In this document: piece by piece, positions 63,808-64,000 of the stretch
How the letters are laid out: every line of letters starts with the position of its first letter
Numbering within the stretch: position 1 is the first letter of the stretch
DNA from: Sminthopsis crassicaudata
Taxonomy: Eukaryota
DNA length: 64,000 nt
Reading direction: 5' to 3'
Assembly (NCBI RefSeq): GCF_048593235.1
Contig: NC_133622.1
Span: forward strand, 238,483,198 to 238,547,197
The notes under the pieces: generated by a model
What the model saw: the letters and a program-made list of their open reading frames with translations, nothing else
The model's database searches: none
What the model was told of the DNA's origin: nothing
Program-made: the position numbers and the translations under genes

Positions 63808-64000
63808 ATGAAAAATAATGTGACTGAATTTCTTCTTGTTGGGCTGGCCAAGGACCCAGCAAGGGAAAAAATAGTATTTGTCATCATCTTGATTTTCTAC
63901 ATTGCCACTATTTTGGGGAACCTGCTTATTACCATCACCATTAAATATAGTCCCACACTTGGATCCCCCATGTACTTCTTCCTCACCTATTTATCTTTTT
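63808..64000 (+). CDS. OR4C11-like: Olfactory receptor 5' part, OR4C11/OR4C16-like, truncated by the window end (missed by the ORF track)
   Basis: [64 protein letters not shown], open to the edge; acceptor-like tttgtactttgcgtAG ending at 63766. Confidence 0.9.
   Translation, partial: MKNNVTEFLLVGLAKDPAREKIVFVIILIFYIATILGNLLITITIKYSPTLGSPMYFFLTYLSF

Overview
AT-rich mammalian DNA from an olfactory receptor (OR) cluster of family 4 (OR4C-type). The repeats (WSINE1/MAR1 core-SINEs, marsupial L1, an OC1 hAT MITE, an RTE) point to a dasyurid marsupial, probably Tasmanian devil (inference), and seven N-gaps indicate a draft assembly. There are five tandem + strand OR loci: three intact single-exon genes (9092-10030, 32697-33626 OR4C6-like, 50751-51683 OR4C15-like), one pseudogene (17216-18164) and one gene cut by the window end (63808->64000, OR4C11/16-like). 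The intergenic DNA is mostly L1, L2, CR1, RTE, MIR/MAR1/WSINE1 and solo LTRs. The most notable observations are: (1) a patchwork gene-conversion signature between the pseudogene and the OR4C6-like gene; (2) an ERV3-like env remnant with PPT and 3' LTR, fused in frame to a 5'-inverted L1 to give a 242-aa chimeric ORF that stops just before the membrane anchor; (3) a 5'-complete L1 lacking its RT domain; (4) an OC1 MITE from a horizontally transferred family; (5) candidate Lhx2/Ebf OR promoters with upstream non-coding exons. I found no convincing novel biological system. All repeat names and OR subfamily calls come from remembered consensus or protein sequences, not from database searches.
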